Source: Octopus vulgaris
Taxonomy: Eukaryota
Assembly (NCBI GenBank): GCA_951406725.2
Contig: OX597823.1
Coordinates: 33,232,001-33,296,000, forward strand
Direction: 5' to 3'
Length of the DNA stretch: 64,000 nt
Below, piece after piece: positions 13,299 to 26,275 of the stretch. The notes under the pieces were generated by a model that saw nothing but the letters and a program-made list of their open reading frames with translations, made no database searches and was not told where the DNA came from. Position numbers and translations under genes: made by a program. How positions within the stretch are numbered: the first letter of the stretch is position 1; each line of letters starts with the position of its first letter.

Positions 13299-13938
13299 CA
13301 CGAGGGGAAGTCAAAAATTATCTGCACTTTTGCTATAACACATCTTTATTATTATCACACTGCCTTCTGTTCATGAATGCTTATAGTTGGTACTATTGTG
13401 GTCACATGATTGAAGTTTGAGCCTGATCATGCCGTTTCCCTTTCTGGTTTTACAGTGTAAGCATGGCCACTCCACTAGGAATCTGAAAGATGGTAATGGG
13501 GAACTGGTTTACCATTACCATCTCTTAAGCTTGCTGAATTTTCTCATCAGTGGTGGTGGTTGGTGTGTGTCCTGTTCCCTCTTCATGCATCATGCTTGTC
13601 CAGCTACTTTTAAACTTCTTGATCCATTCATACACACTTCTATGCAATAGCGCACTGTCCCCGTATTGTGCTAAAACCCTCCGATGAATTTCAGCACCTG
13701 ACAAACTTTCCGACCAGAGAAATCGGATCGCTGCTCTTTGTTCTTCTTTGGTGCACATTGCTAGTGGAGCAGCCATGCTTACACTGTAAAACCAGAAAGA
13801 AAGATGGCACGATCAGGCTCAAACTTCGATCACATTATCACAATAGTACCAACTATAAGTACATGTGCGGAGAAGGCAGTGTGACAATTATAAAGGTATG
13901 CTATGGAGAAAGTGCAAGTAATTTTTGACTTCCCCTCA
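13299..13938 (-). mobile_element. Mariner-derived MITE with ~180-bp inverted arms and a transposase N-terminal relic
   Basis: TA|CACGAGGGGAAGTCAAAAATTA ... TAATTTTTGACTTCCCCTC termini; ORF 13525-13776 EQRAAIRFLW...AEIHRRVLAQYGD...VYEWIKKFK is a mariner HTH. Confidence 0.9.
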
Positions 13939-15491
13939 TCATCATTTAATGTCCGTTTTCCATGCTAGCATGGGTTGGACGGTTTGACCGGGGTCTGGTA
14001 AGCCATGGAGGCTGCACCAGGCTCCAGTCTGATTTGGCAGTGTTTCTACAGCCGGATGCCCTTTCTAACGCCAACCACTCCGTGAGTGTAGTGGGTGTTT
14101 TTTACGTGCCACCGGCACAGGAGCCAGCGCAGGCTGGCAAACGGCCACAATCAGTTGGTGCTTTTACGTAAATGATATCATTATTAACTTCCACTATTCC
14201 ATGCTTGCATGGGTCAGACAAAATGTGTGTGTGTGTGAGAGAGACTGCCTCCTTGCCTTGACATTGTGTGATAGTTGTAATTGAGCGTCACTGTAATGCA
14301 GTGTCCTTCATTTCCAATATTCTGTGTAAACATGTCTGGTCAAGGGGGGAAATATTAGCTTACATGGAAACAAGTGAAGGTTGGTGACAGGAAGGGCATC
14401 CAGCCATAGAAAATTCACCTCAACTAATTCCATCTGACCCAGGCAACCTTAGAAAAGTGGACATTAAAATGATAATGATGATATATGATGATCATTAAAT
14501 GTCCCTTATCTATGCTGGCATGTGCTGGACAGTTCAACAAGATCTGATGAGCCAGAGGACTTAGACTGAGTTCCAATGTCTGCTTTGGAATAGGTTCTTT
14601 AGCTGGATGCCCTTCCTAACACCAGCCACTTTACAAAATGTACCAGATGCTTTTTTCCTGGCACCAGTACTAGTGAGCTTACCAAATAATTTGGAAGGCA
14701 AAGAGGCATCCATGACTTAATGATGATATAGTAGATGGAGAAGTGGCTTTATGTTTGGTGTTGAGAGGCTAAAGAATGATAGAGGGCAGGGAATAGGTTT
14801 CTTGCTTCATGGAAGATGTATGGCTAACCTACATTATATAAGAGTAGGGGAGTGGCTGGAAAAAGGGATAACAAAGATGGTGACAAGCTGCCAAGGTATA
14901 CATTAACAGTATAAGAACAGGGCTGGTCCAACAAGAGGCCCGCAGACTTTTATCTTGCAGTCCGCTTATTACTTTCTTGAAATGAGTTTATTTAAACAAA
15001 TATTTTTAAAATTCTATCAAATCTGGCAAAGTTTCTACAGCTAGATGCCCTTCCTAATGCCAACCACTCAGAGTGTAGTGGATAATTTTACATGCTACCG
15101 GAATGATGATCAGTCAGGAGGTACTGGCAACGACCATGCTCAAAAGGTGTTTTTTACGTGCCACCTGCATGGGAGCCAGTCAGCAGCCCTGGCAATGAAC
15201 ACGCTCAGATGGTGCTTTTAATGTTCCACTGGCACGAGTGGCAATCAAGCGGTACTGTCATCGGCCACATCAGTGATTTTGATTTCGCTTGCCTCAACAG
15301 GTCTTCGCAAGCAAAGTTTATTGTCCAATGAATGATAGGTACTCATAAGTGGGCTGGTTATACACCACTGGCGTAGGCCATGGGTTATGGTCTCACTTGG
15401 CTTGTTGGGTCTTCTCAGTTGAGCTGTTTGGCATTACTTGAGAGTCTTGGTGCAAGTTTGCATGCCTTCTGATGGCGCTTATGATTTATCA

Positions 15492-15539
15492 GTGTCACCT
15501 GAAGATGTCTGAGCATGTGCCAAAAACTGAGTAAGAACA
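15492..15539 (+). ncRNA. Heavily decayed hammerhead-like relic
   Basis: CTGAAGA-TG...GCCA-AAAAC-TGA-GTA; G12 lost and stems poor. Confidence 0.3.
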
Positions 15540-15579
15540 AATGGCTCAGCTACTAAATTATGCATTTGAGAGTGTAGAT

Positions 15580-15700
15580 GCAGGCACGGCTGTAAGGTTA
15601 AGAAGTCTGCTTCTCAACCATGTGATTTTGGGTTCAGTCTTACTGTGTAATACAACAAAAGCCTTGTGAAAGGATTTTATAGATCAAAACTGAAGACGTG
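15580..15700 (+). mobile_element. tRNA-derived SINE head
   Basis: A/B-box-like head (ggctgtaaggttaagaag...gggttcagtct); related copies on minus at 9840-9945, 31740-31845 and 35100-35250. Confidence 0.65.
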
Positions 15701-17548
15701 TGTGTGCGTGTGTGTTTGTGTGTGTAGGCATGTTTTGTGCCTCCTCATCTTGACATCAAGCAATATTTTTAAACAAGCTTCATCATATAAGTGGTCTCAT
15801 TAGTTTCCAATATTCCATGAAACCATGTCTGGTCATGAGGAAATATTACCTTACTTGGAAACAAGTGAAGCTTGGCAACAGAAGAGGGGGGGGGGGGCAT
15901 CTGGCCATAGAAAATTTGCTTCAACCAATTCTGTCTAACCCTAACCCAAGAAATGCTGAATGATATGTGTGCTTAAAAAACATTTTATCCTTGGGGCATT
16001 TTCCCCCTTAGACATGTTCATTATCATCACCATCATTGTTTAACATCTGCTTTCCATGCTGGCATGGGTTGGATGGTTTGACTGAAACTAGTAAGCCAAG
16101 GGGGGGGGTCAGTGCTGCATCAGGTTCCAACCTGATTTGGCAAGGTTTCTATGGCTGGATGTCCTTCCTAACGCCAACAACTCAAGGGTGTAGTGGGAGT
16201 TTACGTGCCACCGGCATGGGTGCCATTAACCTGACACTGGCATCAGCCACGACTACAAGTTGTTGATAGTCGTAATCAGTCAGCATCTTGATGTTACATT
16301 CCTTCTATTACGATATTATACATATATATATATATACACATACATATATGTACGTACTTACATCTATATATATATATATGCATATGTGGGCACAGGACGT
16401 CATGAATGTGTACAACAAAAAGATACGAAGCACAAGTACATAGAATATGAACTATTCTTTCGAAAGACACAAATGGATAACAAAACAAACAACATAAAGA
16501 ATGACCCTTCATTAGTTGTGGGCTGTTTTTCGACTTTCGTACTTCAAGCATTTAACAACACGATATTCTTTCGATAAAACAGTAGCTCCCACAAAGCAAA
16601 TTAAATAAATTTGGGATTTTGTGGAGGATCAGAATAGGTAACACAAACAGGACAATGAAAACAAACAGGAAGGGCTGCTAAGCCTAAATGAGGTTGGGTG
16701 GCGAACGTGTATCTGAGTGTATGTATGTGTATATAAATATATATTATGTGTGTGTGTGTGTGTATGTGTGCGTGCATTTTTGTGCATATATATCTGTGTA
16801 TGAGTGACAGAAATAAACATTGGAGATATTTTGTCCCCTGCAGAAACAGTTGGAACTCCTTGAAGACATAGCAAGCTCTTCTCCTGAGAGTAAATGCTTT
16901 GGACACATCATCATGCATCCAACTGTAGAAGGAATTTCACAACAACTGGAGTCTAGACAACTGACCGGCTGGCCAGTTCCATGTCAAACCATCCAACCCA
17001 TGCCAGCATGATGATTGCTCTGGCATGATTTCTATGGTTGGATGCCATTCCTACTGCCAACAGACTGTACTGGGTGCTTTTTTCATGAATTAGCACCAAT
17101 AAGGTCATTAAATAACTAACAACACAAGTCCCCATCAAGTGAGTGGCGGTTGTAGTAGTAGTAGTAGTAGTAGAGAGGCAGGTGGCTTTATGCTAAGGGT
17201 TGAGAAGATAAAAGTAGAATAGAAGGGACAGGGTAAGTGTCTGGTTACACACACACATAACAGAGTGTGCAGTGCAATTTATGCATTATTATAAACAGTT
17301 ATGGTTATTATATATGTAGTGCAAGTCTATAGAACTTGAAGATCTATTTTTATCTAATTAAGGTTTTGGTTCATACCCGTGCCATATCATGGGACCACAT
17401 CACCAATTAGACAGTGATAGACACAATGCACTTTGCATCAATTTAAAACTTCAAATGATGCCACCCCACTGGTTAGGTGAGCAAGCCATGTGAAATGGAG
17501 TATTTTGTCCAAGAACATAACATGACACCCAATCTTGGCGATACCTGC

Positions 17549-18147
17549 TCAGAGGCATATGCAAAGTTTTCCTTGTTCTTGACAGTCAAGGAGATCTTGT
17601 GCAACTGAAAGCCAAGTGTCTTTTTGGTCAGTTGAAATCAGTTTTGGTACAAACTCAGCAGACACACATCTCAGACCTGAATCTTCAGTGATAATGGATT
17701 GAACTGAACTGTAACTAACCTGCACATCCTCTGATAACTCATGGATGGTGATTTGACAATTTCCCCTCACAGCTGCACGCACATCTGCACTGTTTTTCTC
17801 AGTCAACATTGTTATCTTTTTGGCCATCTTGGAAACATCTGAATCACTCATACACTTGTGTGTGACTCATACACTCCTCTCCATTCACTTTCTACAACTT
17901 TGTATAGGCCTCTGAGCAGGTATCACCATGGCAACTTTTTCTGTCATGGTTAATGCAACAATTACACGCTACACACCTTCCTTCCAAGCACTGCTATAAA
18001 CAGCAGAAGTGAGCTAGAATGTTAGCACTTAGTGCATATGCACCGCAGAGTTCAAGGTCAATCTTTGCCAAGCGGCTTCACTTTGTATGCTTTAGCTTCG
18101 TTACTATGGCAACAGTCCAGGTACTTGTAGATCAGATCTTGTACCCT
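17549..18147 (-). mobile_element. Mariner 5' fragment
   Basis: ORF 17549-17851 resembles mariner transposase (ITIHELSEDVQVSYSSVQSIITEDSGLRCVSAEFVPKL); TIR-like end near 18147. Confidence 0.8.
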
Positions 18148-18874
18148 AACCATATCATCATTGTTTGATGATCCTTGACCATGTTGGGTTGGATGGTTTG
18201 ACAGGAACTGATGGACCAGGGGACTGTAGCAAGCTGCAAGGTCAGCTTTGGTAGGGTTTCTATGGCTGGATGCCCTTCTTAACACCAACTGCTTTACAGT
18301 GTTCTAGGGCCATTTACATGGTACTGGTACAAGTGAGGTCACCAGGTAACATGCAAGACAAGACCCCTCAACTGAAGGGGTGGGTTTATGCCAGTGGTTA
18401 AAGTATAATAGAAATAGATGTCTTGCAGAAGAGATGGTGAAGTGTCAGGGGGTTTCCCTCAAATTACAGGAATGTGAAAATAAGAGATATGGTCCAGAGG
18501 ATTGGATGTGAAAATGTAGGTAAGATCATGAGAATGAGAAAGGAGGGTGAATTCAAAATAGATGGCCGGTGAATGACGAATGAATGTTTTACTGAATGAT
18601 GTTTAGATACTTTTTCACCTTTTTGACAATTTCAGAAACATGGTTCATCTAATGTAGATCACTGTCATGTTCACTTGCAGACTTCTTAAAGCTGGTGCTG
18701 TGGAGGGATTAGGTAAATTACAAGTCACACACACATATATTTATATATATATATATATATTCAGATGAATATGGTACTTATGTTGAGGCACCGGAATTTA
18801 GAACGGTATTATCCATTCAATTTCAAAATAAGGCGATTAAAATCAAAATAAGCAACAAGGACATCCTGAGGCAA

Positions 18875-18931
18875 TGCAGTACGATCGCTTCATGAAACTC
18901 CATTTCATTTGTGGAGCAATCTTCAGCTGCA
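18875..18931 (-). ncRNA. Minimal type I hammerhead, left arm of inverted pair
   Basis: TGCAG-CTGAAGA-TTGCTCCA...TGGAGTTTCAT-GAAGC-GATC-GTA-CTGCA; one core lesion (GAAAC to GAAGC). Confidence 0.75.
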
Positions 18932-19071
18932 CAAAGACATAGAGTATAATTAAATTAGAACAGATGGACACATTAGTACAATTTTACCTATAATCTCCAA
19001 GAAGTTAAGAAGATAGACAAAGAACATCTTGTAACTACAACAGCATAGTCGTAACTTAAATTCTGTCTTTG

Positions 19072-19163
19072 TGCAGCTGTAGACTGCTCTACATTTTAAA
19101 TTGATGTAATGATTGCATTATTCAATTAAATTAAATGGAGTTGCATGAAACGATCGTACTGCA
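19072..19163 (+). ncRNA. Minimal type I hammerhead, right arm of inverted pair, U6 variant
   Basis: TGCAG-CTGTAGA-CTGCTC...GAGTTGCAT-GAAAC-GATC-GTA-CTGCA; perfect 5-bp stem I, palindromic ACGATCGT stem III. Confidence 0.75.
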
Positions 19164-19370
19164 TTACCTCTGGATATCCTTGTTGATTATTTTGATTATA
19201 TATATATATATAATCAATATTAAGGTTTTTTTTAATTGTATTCTTATATGTATTGAATTTTAATGTATATATGTATGTTATTATGGTTCTTGTTTTGTTA
19301 AATAAATAAATCAACATTCTAATATCCTAAAGCTGATAAACCAACTAAATTGTTTCTCCATTTTCTTATT

Positions 19371-19408
<38 letters not shown>

Positions 19409-19591
19409 TTTGTGATGGTTGCATGTGGCAGTGTTCCCTACATGTATTCAAATGGCTTTCTAACCATAAGCAAGAACATGTTTGCCTACCCATATCTCTA
19501 TGATCATCTTTCTCTAAATAAATATAACAATTCCTCTCCATGCTCCATACCCTCAGAGGCACGGCATTGACAATCTCATATTTCAGTTCTT

Positions 19592-19642
19592 ACGCCAGAC
19601 GTTTCTTGGAAGCCGGATGGTCTAGTTCGTCTCCAGTAGTAT
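19592..19642 (-). ncRNA. Degenerate minimal hammerhead
   Basis: ATACTA-CTGGAGA-CGAA...TTCCAA-GAAAC-GTC-TGGCGT; stem I is consistent with decay of ACGCCA. Confidence 0.45.
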
Positions 19643-20489
19643 CAAGATGTCTTGAGGACACTTAATGATTCCCAGAACTTCGAGGGGATAGGAGCTGGGA
19701 AAAGGGGAAAATAAATTAACGAGGAAGTGTAAGGAGTAAGTAAATAATAATTCGATTTTGGAATTGGATCTCGAAGAACGTATTAAGCCATAAATAATAG
19801 ACGTCAATAATAATAAAAAAAAAAAAAAATTTCTAAATTTGCTATAAAGCAAGCAATTTAGAGAGAGGGGGCAAGTCGATTATATTAACCCCAGTACTTG
19901 ACCCCGAAAGGATGAAAGGCAAATCAACCTGGGCCGAATTTGAACTCGGAACGTAAAGAACCGCAAGTGCATTTTCCTCGAAGGCTCTGATGATTAAGCT
20001 GTAGAAGATGTATGTAAACAACAACCTCCTGTACAAAACGGAAAGGACAATATAGAAATGACATACCGCTTTACCCAATTTGCAAATAAATCATAATTTT
20101 ACGTGACTACTAAGATTCATAATTAAACTGAGTTAATTCCCGTTTTATCGTGTATTTATTTTATAGGCATAAAACAGTAGATCTTAGAATTCTTTCAGAC
20201 ATTAGGTGATTTCACCCGTATAGAGTAAAAATAATACTTTAGGAGCAAACGAAGACGCGTTGAGAGTACTCCGATAAAAATGGTAAACTAACTTAATTAC
20301 CATTTTACTATATATTTAACAAACAATAAAACAACATCATGCTTTAGAATCTGGAGGTGGGGAATCCAGCATGCCATTTCTACACGTATGGTGGTTCCTT
20401 CCGTTCTCGACAAGAAGATATCGTTGTTTACGTATTCATTCGAAAATTTTACATCATTATAATCATCATCCTAATAATAACAATAATCG

Positions 20490-20810
20490 GCATTTTTCTC
20501 TCTCTGAAGCATGGAATAAACTACCCAGGGCGGTTGTCCGCAGTCAGGACACCAACAATTTCTTCAACAATTCCATGCTTCCTGCAATTCGCCAAAACTA
20601 TTCCAGAAGTGTCTATGCACCCTTTCCTCTTAATGGTTCTTTTCAATTTTCTGTCTTTTTGTGTTTTATCCTGTATTATCTTTTCATGCTTTTGATTATC
20701 ATTGCTTTTTTTTTTCCTTCTTATTGTTGCTTTCAATCTTCTCTTTGAACCCTTTTCCGAGGAGTTACAATGCTCCTGTGCAATGTTTACACTAAGCTCA
20801 ATAAATATGT
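20490..20810 (+). mobile_element. 3' end of a CR1/L2-group LINE
   Basis: RHFSLSEAWNKLPRAVVRS resembles the FFS.RV...WN.LP..VV C-terminal motif; AATAAA near 20801. Confidence 0.55.
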
Positions 20811-21405
20811 TATAATAATGTATTTGGAGTCTTGTTAATAATAATTGAGCTTTTAAATACCATTGATGTATTTTTCACGATGCTTATACATCCACTCAGC
20901 ATATATAAAAATTAAAGGTCCAGGAGCAACCATCACCAGGCAACGAGCACTCATGTAGACGGGGAAAAAAGGTTTTCTTTTCATTAAATATAAATAAACC
21001 AAATATAAAAAAAGTCTCCGATTTTGTGACCATGTTCAGTGTAGTTTTAGCGGTTCTACAAATTTAAAGTGAAATTTATCTTTTTACACAAATAGTGCTT
21101 TTTTTTTTTAGTTGTTAGGATTTATAAATTTATTGGTCTCTATATTTAAAAGACCAGCCCGAGAAAAATATAGTAGTTTCTTTTAAGACAATCCGACATA
21201 AAACTTAATGCTTCTCTCCCTCTCTCTACAGTTTACGTCTTTCTACATTCATACATGTCTTCTAACCGAATTAAAAGAAAAATTATGTTTCTGTGATATT
21301 AAAGGATTTTAAAGCGTATCATATATTAAAAGTTAGTCGAAGTTACCAATGAAGCTGTTAAATATAATTATAGTTTGCCTGTAGACCGTCTGGTCTATTA
21401 CTTAC

Positions 21406-21472
21406 CGTGAAGTAAGTGCTGTAAAGACCAGCCGTCTGTGATAGAAACAGATGATGTTGAGTAGTCGACATT
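21406..21472 (-). CDS. Candidate internal coding exon (x)CRLLNIICFYHRRLVFTALTS(R)
   Basis: Acceptor atttttacag|, consensus donor CG|gtaagt, 67 nt; the phase 1 to phase 2 frame joins the only open frame of exon 4976-5099. Confidence 0.6.
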
Positions 21473-22031
21473 CTGTAAAAATACGCCGATCATATGACAC
21501 AGAAGGAAAGAGAAAGAGATATTTAGCTGCTGCTGAAGGAGAAGTCAGAGAGAGAAGACGGCGGGGAAAGACTTAGCCATACTGACACACAGAGGCGTGG
21601 ACTGGATATTAGCAGGTGTCTCTCCTGTTCACGTTGTCGATTTTATTGTAGGCTCTAAATTTTATTAATACATATAGTAAAACTATCTGAATATGTCGAA
21701 GTAATATATCGAGGCTACCATTGACGTCTATCCGTATGTATTAAATATAGATAGGATGATATTGTGAAGTGGTTTTTCAATTGCTTTTTGCATATCCATG
21801 AGAGGAAATTCATCATTGTTCATTAAACTCTCTTTTTATACATTTCCTCTGTCTCTTATAGAAAGGAACTGCATCTTATCACGGTACCTATCTGTCTTAA
21901 GGAGTGTGTTATTGCACGTTTCTCAACTGACATTCACTCGGCAACGACGACTATAATATAGAGAGATAAAACTATCCTGTGTTACATAAGTCTGTTTCTA
22001 AGGTTCCATGGTTGTTATTTGTTTCGTTTAC

Positions 22032-22087
22032 CTCGTTTATGTCCGATAATAAAATAGGAACATGATGCAATAGTATTATAGGCCTTT
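22032..22087 (-). CDS. Weak candidate exon KAYNTIASCSYFIIGHKR(E)
   Basis: Donor GAG|gtaaac in the phase needed to join 21472; the acceptor (cataatgcag|) lacks a pyrimidine tract. Confidence 0.25.
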
Positions 22088-23049
22088 CTGCATTATGTAT
22101 GTCTTAAGCCATGCTTAACGATGTTGATGTTCTTGAACCATGCCGACCAACGGGCACCTTAAATGATTGACACTGCATCGATGTATCTAACATACATTTA
22201 TAATGTATATATAATAGCACATATAGAATTGTTACACTGATGAGAATTTAAACGAAGATACATCTTAACGTTAAACGTAGAAAACCTTAGATGAACCGAA
22301 AAAAACTTACGTCCTTGAAATAATTGAATAATATATTTCTGTTACTATATTTATATCGCAATTGGTGAACAATAACGTCGTTAAAACAAACCTCTTTGTT
22401 AGCAAATTAATAATTGTTGAAAATCACTTAAAATATTTAATATATTTGTTATAAAATCAGTCTTTTTATCGAGAATTGGTTAATCCTAACTTTATAAAAC
22501 TTTAGATTTTCACAATTGTAATTTTGTGAACAATTACGTTCTTTATCTGAAAAGCAAGAAGTATTAAACATGTTTATGAAAATTTAAACAATTACCTAAG
22601 TCTTAATAACTTTATTATAGGGTTTGGACAGACTCCGGACAAAAATACAAAACAATCACAGAAAGTTAGATGGAAGAAAAAAATTAATTAATTCGTAGTA
22701 TTTCAACAGTTTATCACATTATTTTCGCTGTTTTTTTTTATTATTGAAAGCCTACCTAAGTTGGAGAAAATTGGCAAATATTTAAATTATTTTAAAAACT
22801 ATATAATTAAAATAACTAGTTTAGCAAAGAATGGCAAGATACCATGAACTTTGGATATTTTCTCATTCCTGTGTCATTTAAGCTATATTTAAGTTTCAAA
22901 ATACAGATAATAGAAAATATTCAGTTTTTTTTTTTTTTTTTTTTAATTTCCTCTCCAGCTATTATTTAGCTCCAGATGAGACCTGGTCGAGCAAACTTTT
23001 GATTAAAGTAATTCCAGTCAAATCGTCTTTTTATATATTAGGAACTACC

Positions 23050-23740
23050 GTAGACGATGCTTTTGTTTGAGATTTTCCAGTTATTTCCAGCAAACCTAGT
23101 CATTGGTCAGTTCACGATTGTGAACAGATGCTGACAAGGAAGCTCCTCGTGAACTGATCAATGACTAGGCTGAATGATGCGTGAACATTTACAAGCAACT
23201 GCTGGTAAATCCTTGTTGAATTCTAACTTGGAATGCAAAATGAATTATTTTTGTAATCCTAATAAATCAGTGGCTTTTTTCCAGTCAGGCTTCAGAACCT
23301 GTTGTCAAAGAAGGGCAGTTTAAACTGAAGGTCATATTGTGTGTTTGGGGGAATTTTGAGTGGGTGCTGCTCTTTGAGCTTGTCCCAGATGCTCATGCTG
23401 TAAATGTTAATCTTTATACTCAACAGCTGCAGCAACTGTATAACACTGAAGTCCTGTTACTAGTCATTGGTCAACGGAAAATGTGCACTCTACAGCAAGA
23501 CAATGCCCCAGCACAGCCTGTTAATGTGACTAAGCACAAACTTAAAGGGCTGGAAGTGCTGCCTGAGCCTGTCTACACTCCAAATCTTACATCATCAGAT
23601 TACAACCTTTACTGAGCCATTGCTCATTTCCTGCCTGGACGGAGGTTCAACAATGTGGATGAGTTTGAAAACGGGTGCAGGGAGTCTTTTGCCTCCAAAC
23701 CAGCCAAATAGTAAAAGCATTGAAATGAGCTTCTGGCACT
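23050..23740 (+). mobile_element. Decayed mariner transposase, catalytic half
   Basis: LCVWGNFE...LQQDNAPA...LPEPVYTPNLTSSDYNLY, matching the mariner QQDNAPAH and YSPDLAPSD motifs. Confidence 0.85.
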
Positions 23741-23804
23741 TTTTGTTTGCAATTTGTTTGAGCTCTTAGTTAAAGCTAGAAATTCTAAAACAAATTTTGA
23801 CTCC

Positions 23805-24350
23805 AGCTGGTATTTACAGCTAGGTAGACTGTTGACTATTAAATGTTTTGGTGGTGGACTTAGAACAATGATCTATACCACATTGTGGTCTCTACATAAA
23901 GCTAGAAAACTGAGCAGTCAACATTAATGTATATTGGTCATAGTGTAGTTCCACGATACTTAACTGTCAACAGCCCAGTTCATCTATCAGTAAATAGTGA
24001 CCACAATGTGGTATAGTTCACTGTAGTGTGTCCATGACCAACACTTATAGCTAAGTAGAGTTGACTGTTGACAGTTAAGTATCTTGCTCATGGAAGCAGG
24101 GTCTGAACTCTTGTCTTGGGTATGAACATGCAGTGAGCTATAACACATTGCAGTATCTACTTAGAGGTAGATGAACTGGGCTGTTGATAATTAAATGTTT
24201 TGTTCATGGATTCAGTACATTGATTTGTATTATATTGTGGCACCTTACTTACAGCTTAGTAAGCTGTTGGCAGTTGTATGTCTTTGTCATGGACACAGTA
24301 CAGTGAATTATACCCTGGAGTGGTACCTACTTACTGATAGCTAAGTGTCT
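23805..24350. repeat. Degenerate ~90-bp repeat cluster in both orientations
   Basis: Recurrent ctgttgac(a)gttaa...catgga...ccacattgtggt blocks, with one inverted unit at about 23950-24045. Confidence 0.55.
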
Positions 24351-25804
24351 CCATCATGGACAAAGACAACCGCCAGCAAAGAAATACAATCCACTGACTT
24401 TTTGATTCTCTGATCTTCTTATAAACTGAACCAACCGATAATCTTTATCGTCATCATCATCATCATCTAATGTCCACTTGCCATGCTGGTATGGGTTGGA
24501 TGGGTTGACAGGTGCTGGCAAGGCTGGAGAGCTGCACCAGGCTACTGTGTGTGTTTTGGCATGGCTTTTACAGCTGGATGCCCTTCCTAACACCAACCAC
24601 CCCATAGAGTGGTCTGGGTGTTTTTTTTAACTGGCATCAGCACAGGCATAGATATCTAGAGTTTGATATCTGATATTTTTATCCTACACTTAGATACTTA
24701 CACGTCTGATATCTACATTCTGCTGTTAGACCCCTAACACATTCTGTTGTTAGATACCTGATACCTAAAGTCTACAATTAGATGCATTCTAAAGTCTCCA
24801 TTGCTTGAGAACATAAACCAGACCTGTTTACTGTTAAATGAATCCCGTATTAATGTATTGGTAGATAATAACAGAAGTTCAAGATTTACAGAAAAGACAC
24901 TGTTGGTAGAAGTATCTACACTTGATATCCTGTTACCAGTTATAGTAACGAAGACAACAATTTACTACTATTAGCCCAGTCTACTTATCTGTAAAGAGGC
25001 ACCAGATTAAAGTGTTTCTCACTGTTATAAGCAGTGTGAGTTGTGTGTAATTTAAGAATATTTTCTTAGATTGCAGTGCTTAGCTTAAAGCATCCTAAGA
25101 GTATATGGACATCTAATTTGGTGAGGGTTGCTACAGAGAATATAAACCATATGAATATACAAACTAAATAGTACATTTAGTATATTTTAAATCTAGCAAA
25201 TGATGTTATGTAGCATAAATTACATAACATCATCATCATCATTTAACGTCTGCTTTCCATGCCGGCATGGGTTGAATGGTTTCACTGAGGTCTGGAGAGC
25301 CAGAAAGCTGCACCAGGCTCCAATTTGATCTGGCATAGTTTCTACAGCTGGATGCCTTCCCTAATGCCAACCACTCTGAGAGTGTAGTGGGTGCTTTTAC
25401 ATGTCACTGGCGTGAGGGCCAGTCAGGCGGTACTGGCAACGACCACCCTCAAATGGTGTTTTTTACGTGCCACTTGCACAGGAGCCTGTCTGGCGGCACT
25501 GGTAACAACCACTCTTGAATGTTGTTTTTCACATGCCACCAGCACAGGTGCCAGTAAGGGGACGCTGGCAACGATCATGCTCAAATGGTGCTTTTTATGT
25601 GCCACCGGCACGGGAGCCAGTCAGCAGCCCTGGCAACGATCATGCTCAGATGGTGCTTTTAACGTTCCACTGGCATGGGTGCCAATCAGGTGGTACTGCC
25701 ATCGACCACGTCAGCGATTTTGATTTCACTTGCCTCACCAGGTCTTCACAAGCAAAGTTTATTATCCAAGGAATGAAGGATACTCATAAGGACAGATCTT
25801 GAAG

Positions 25805-26275
25805 GGTGGCAAGCTGGAAGAATCGTTAGCATGCTGGGTGAAATGCTTAGCAGTATTTTGTTTGCCGTTATGTTCTGAGTTCAAACTCCACTGAGGTTGA
25901 CTTTGCCTTTCATCCTTTCGGGGTTGATTAAATAAGTACCAGTTACACATTGGGGTCGATGTAATCAACTTAATCCCTTTGTCCTTGATTGTTGCCTCTA
26001 TGTTTAGCCCCTTGTAGGCAATAAAGAAATGAATATTTATCAGGACAGTGAGCTGGCAGAATCGTTAGCATGCTGGGCAAAATGCTTAGCAGTATTTTGT
26101 CTGCTGTTATGTTCTGAGTTCAAATTCCACTGAGGTCGACTTTGCCTTTCATCCTTTCGGGGTCGATTAGATAAGCACCAGTTACGCATTGAGGTCAATG
26201 GAATCAACTTAATCCCTTTGTTTGTGCCTCTATGTTTAGCCCCTCCCCCGCCACCATGGGCAATAAAGAAATAAA
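25805..26275 (+). mobile_element. Two tandem tRNA-derived SINEs with Nin/Deu-type domain
   Basis: Head gagctggcagaatcgttagc, B-box gagttcaaattcc, core gcctttcatcctttcggggtcgat. Other copies at 34310-34530, 37525-37725, 44520-44733 (-), 58975-59142 and 19860-19980 (-). Confidence 0.85.

Noticed and set aside
16385-16700. (TA)n-anchored repeat with CTAATGAAGGG on the minus strand (related end near 46985)
   Set aside because: Probably another small retroelement, but no GAAAC half could be paired, so no ribozyme is called.
22234-22270. CTGATGA...GAAG motif
   Set aside because: No GAAA and no stem I or III; chance match.
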